A DNA stretch of 64,000 nt from an uncultured Acidobacteriota bacterium (GTDB taxonomy: Bacteria; Acidobacteriota; Vicinamibacteria; Vicinamibacterales; CAVVIG01), in contig CAVVIG010000009.1 of NCBI GenBank assembly GCA_963748265.1, positions 332,661 through 396,660 on the forward strand, read 5' to 3'. A program made the translations under genes and the position numbers. Shown one piece after another: positions 61,664-64,000 of this stretch (the stretch's first letter is position 1; the number at the start of each line of letters is the position of its first letter). The notes beneath the pieces were generated by a model. That model saw only the letters and a program-made list of their open reading frames with translations. It was not told the DNA's origin and ran no database searches.

Positions 61664-64000
61664 GTGGCGCTCAAGGAATACAAACCAGGCTCGGCCTTCA
61701 CCGGCGTGATCGGACGCACCTTCGACGTCTCCAGTCCTGCGTGGCCGCGGCCGCTGCGGGCGAAAGAGGGCGCGCCCAACGTGATCTTCATCGTCCAGGA
61801 CGATACCGGGTTCGGGCAGATGGGGTGCTACGGCAGCCCGATCAAGACGCCGAACATCGACGCGCTCGCGAAGAACGGACTCCTCTTCAACAACATGCAC
61901 ACGACCGCGCTCTGCTCGCCGACGCGCTCGTGCATCCTGACCGGCCGCAATCACCATTCGAACGCGATGTCGTGCATCACGGAAGGGTCCACCGGCTATC
62001 CCGGCGGGAACGGCAACATCCCGTTCGAGAACGGGATGCTGTCCGAGATCCTGCTGCAGCACGGATACAACACGTACGCGCTCGGCAAGTGGCACCTGAC
62101 GCCGGCGGACCAGATTTCCGCGGCTGGCCCGTACGACCGGTGGCCGCTCGGGCGCGGGTTCGAGCGGTACTACGGGTTTCTCGGCGGCGACACCCATCAG
62201 TACTATCCCGAGCTGGTCTACGACAATCACACCGTCGAGCCCGAGAAGACGCCCGAAGAGGGCTATCACCTGACCGAAGACCTCGTGAACAAGGCGATGT
62301 CCTTCATCGCCGACTCCAAGCAGGTCGCCCCGAACAAGCCGTTCTTCATGTACTTCTGCCCGGGCGCGATGCACGCGCCGCATCACGTCTCCAAGGAGTG
62401 GGCCGACAAGTACAAGGGCATGTTCGACGACGGGTGGGACGCGTATCGCGAGAAGACGTTCGCGCGTCAGAAGACGCTCGGGATTATCCCGAAGGATGCG
62501 GAGTTGTCGCGCCACGACCCTGACGTTCAGGACTGGAACACGTTGTCGGCTGACGAGAAGAAGCTCTACGCGCGAATGATGGAAGTGTTCGCGGGCTTCC
62601 TGGAGCACACCGACTACCACTACGGCCGCCTGTTCGAGTTCCTGAAGAGCATCGGCGAGTGGGACAACACGATCATCATGTTCATCTCCGACAACGGCGC
62701 CAGCTCGGAGGGTGGTCCGCACGGCTCGGTGAACGAGAACAAGTTCTTCAACAACGTGCCGGACGACCTGCACCAGAACCTCGCGATGATCGACGACCTG
62801 GGCGGACCGAACACGTTCAACCACTACGCGTGGGGCTGGACGTTTGCGGGCAACACGCCGTTCCGCCGTTGGAAGCGCGAGACCTATCGCGGGGGGATCA
62901 GCGATCCCTTCGTCGTGCACTGGCCGAAGGGCATCAAGGCGAAGGGCGAGGTCCGCACGCAGTATGCGCATGCGATCGACATGATGCCGACGGTGCTCGA
63001 ACTGATTGGCATCGATCCACCGGACACCGTCAAGGGTGTGACGCAGTCGCCAATCGAAGGTCACAGCTTCGCGCCACGCGCTGAAGGACGCGAAGGCCGC
63101 GTCGGCGCACATCACGCAGTACTTCGAGATGATGGGGCACCGCTCCATCTATCACGACGGCTGGCGCGCGGTGTGCCCGTGGCCCGGCACGTCGTTCACC
63201 GAGGCCGGCGCGTTTTTCGGTGCACCCATCGACAAGGACAAGCTCACGGAGCTCGATGCGAAGGGCTGGGAGCTGTATCACGTCGACAAGGACTTTGCCG
63301 AGAATCACAACCTCGCCGCGGAGAACCGTCCGAAGCTGATCGAGATGATTGCCACGTGGTACGTCGAGGCGGGCAAGTACAACGTGCTGCCAGTGGACAG
63401 CCGCGGCACGCTCCGGTTCGCGGATCCGCGCCCGAAGATTGCCGAAGATCGCAAGAGCTACACGTACTACCCGCACACGCAGGCGGTGCCGATCAACGCC
63501 TGTCCGAACGTGCTGAACCGGCCGTTCTCCATTTCGGCCGACGTGGACGTCCCGAAGGGAGGGGCGGAAGGCGCGCTGTTCTCAGCCGGCGACGTGCAGG
63601 GCGGGTTCTGCCTGTACGTGCAGGGCGGGCGGCTGCACTACGTCTACAACTATGTCAGCAGCGAGTTCTACCACGCCGAGTCGAACGCGGATGTTCCCGA
63701 GGGCCGGCACACGCTGCGTCTCGAGTTCGAGGTGACCGGTAAGCCTGACATCAAGAGCGGCAAGGGCGCACCGGGCAGGGCCCAGCTGTACATCGACAAG
63801 AAGCTGGTGGGGCAGGTCGACGTGCCGCTCACGATGCCGCTTTCGCTCGGCCTGGGCGGCGGGTTCGTGTGCGGCGCCGACGCCGGGTCGCCGGTCTGGA
63901 ACAAGTACACATCGCCGTTCGAGTTCACCGGCACGATCTACGGCGTGACGGTGGATGTGAGTGGCGACCTCATCACCGACGAGGAGCAGGTCGCGAAGAT
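61664..64000 (+). CDS. Arylsulfatase (formylglycine-dependent sulfatase family); local compensated frameshift near 63075-63110; 3' end beyond the window
   Basis: PNVIFIVQDDTGFGQMGCYGSPIKTPNIDALAKNGLLFNNMHTTALCSPTRSCILTGRNHH (C-x-P-x-R FGly motif)...YALGKWHL...FMYFCPGAMHAPHH...IIMFISDNGAS..., continuing to ...TGTIYGVTVDVSGDLITDEEQVAK at the edge. Confidence 0.85.

Overview
High-GC (roughly 68-70%) bacterial chromosomal segment. The gene content (futalosine menaquinone pathway, TonB-dependent receptors with CarboxypepD_reg-type N-termini, sigma-54 machinery) suggests an Acidobacteriota- or Gemmatimonadota-like lineage; that is inference only. Most of the window is housekeeping:
- a divergent arginine cluster (argD-argB-argC / argR-argG-argH)
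- fabI, a deoxyhypusine-synthase-like gene, nagA, queC/queD
- a CysM-Mec-CysO-MoeZ sulfur-carrier cysteine pathway, followed directly by a complete ISC operon (iscR-iscS-iscU-iscA-hscB-hscA-fdx-iscX)
- futalosine-pathway genes (mqnB, mqnD, mqnE/C-type, ubiE/menG)
- a cobalamin-riboswitch-controlled btuB-btuD-btuC-btuF uptake operon
- nadA, sodA, the classic ffs(SRP RNA)-dnaX-ybaB-recR block, osmC, and an arylsulfatase that runs off the 3' edge

The accessory highlight is a ~6.3 kb gas-vesicle (gvp) cluster at 16.4-22.7 kb. It is preceded by a near-consensus sigma-54 -24/-12 promoter. A soluble GAF/PAS histidine kinase plus a receiver-only response regulator sit between gvpA and gvpF. A sigma-54 enhancer-binding protein with a non-canonical N-terminus lies ~6 kb upstream.

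Two sequence-level observations are not explained by gene calls:
1. Many intergenic spacers carry short (7-14 nt) tandem 'stutter' repeats. One is a 19-nt exact match shared by two distant loci.
2. Apparent single-base frameshifts are very frequent but strongly clustered. Essential genes such as fabI, iscS and hscA are broken many times, while multi-kb neighbouring blocks are intact.

The frameshift pattern points to an assembly or polishing artefact rather than biology, and it limits the precision of many CDS boundaries below. No tRNA, rRNA, CRISPR array, transposase or integrase was found.
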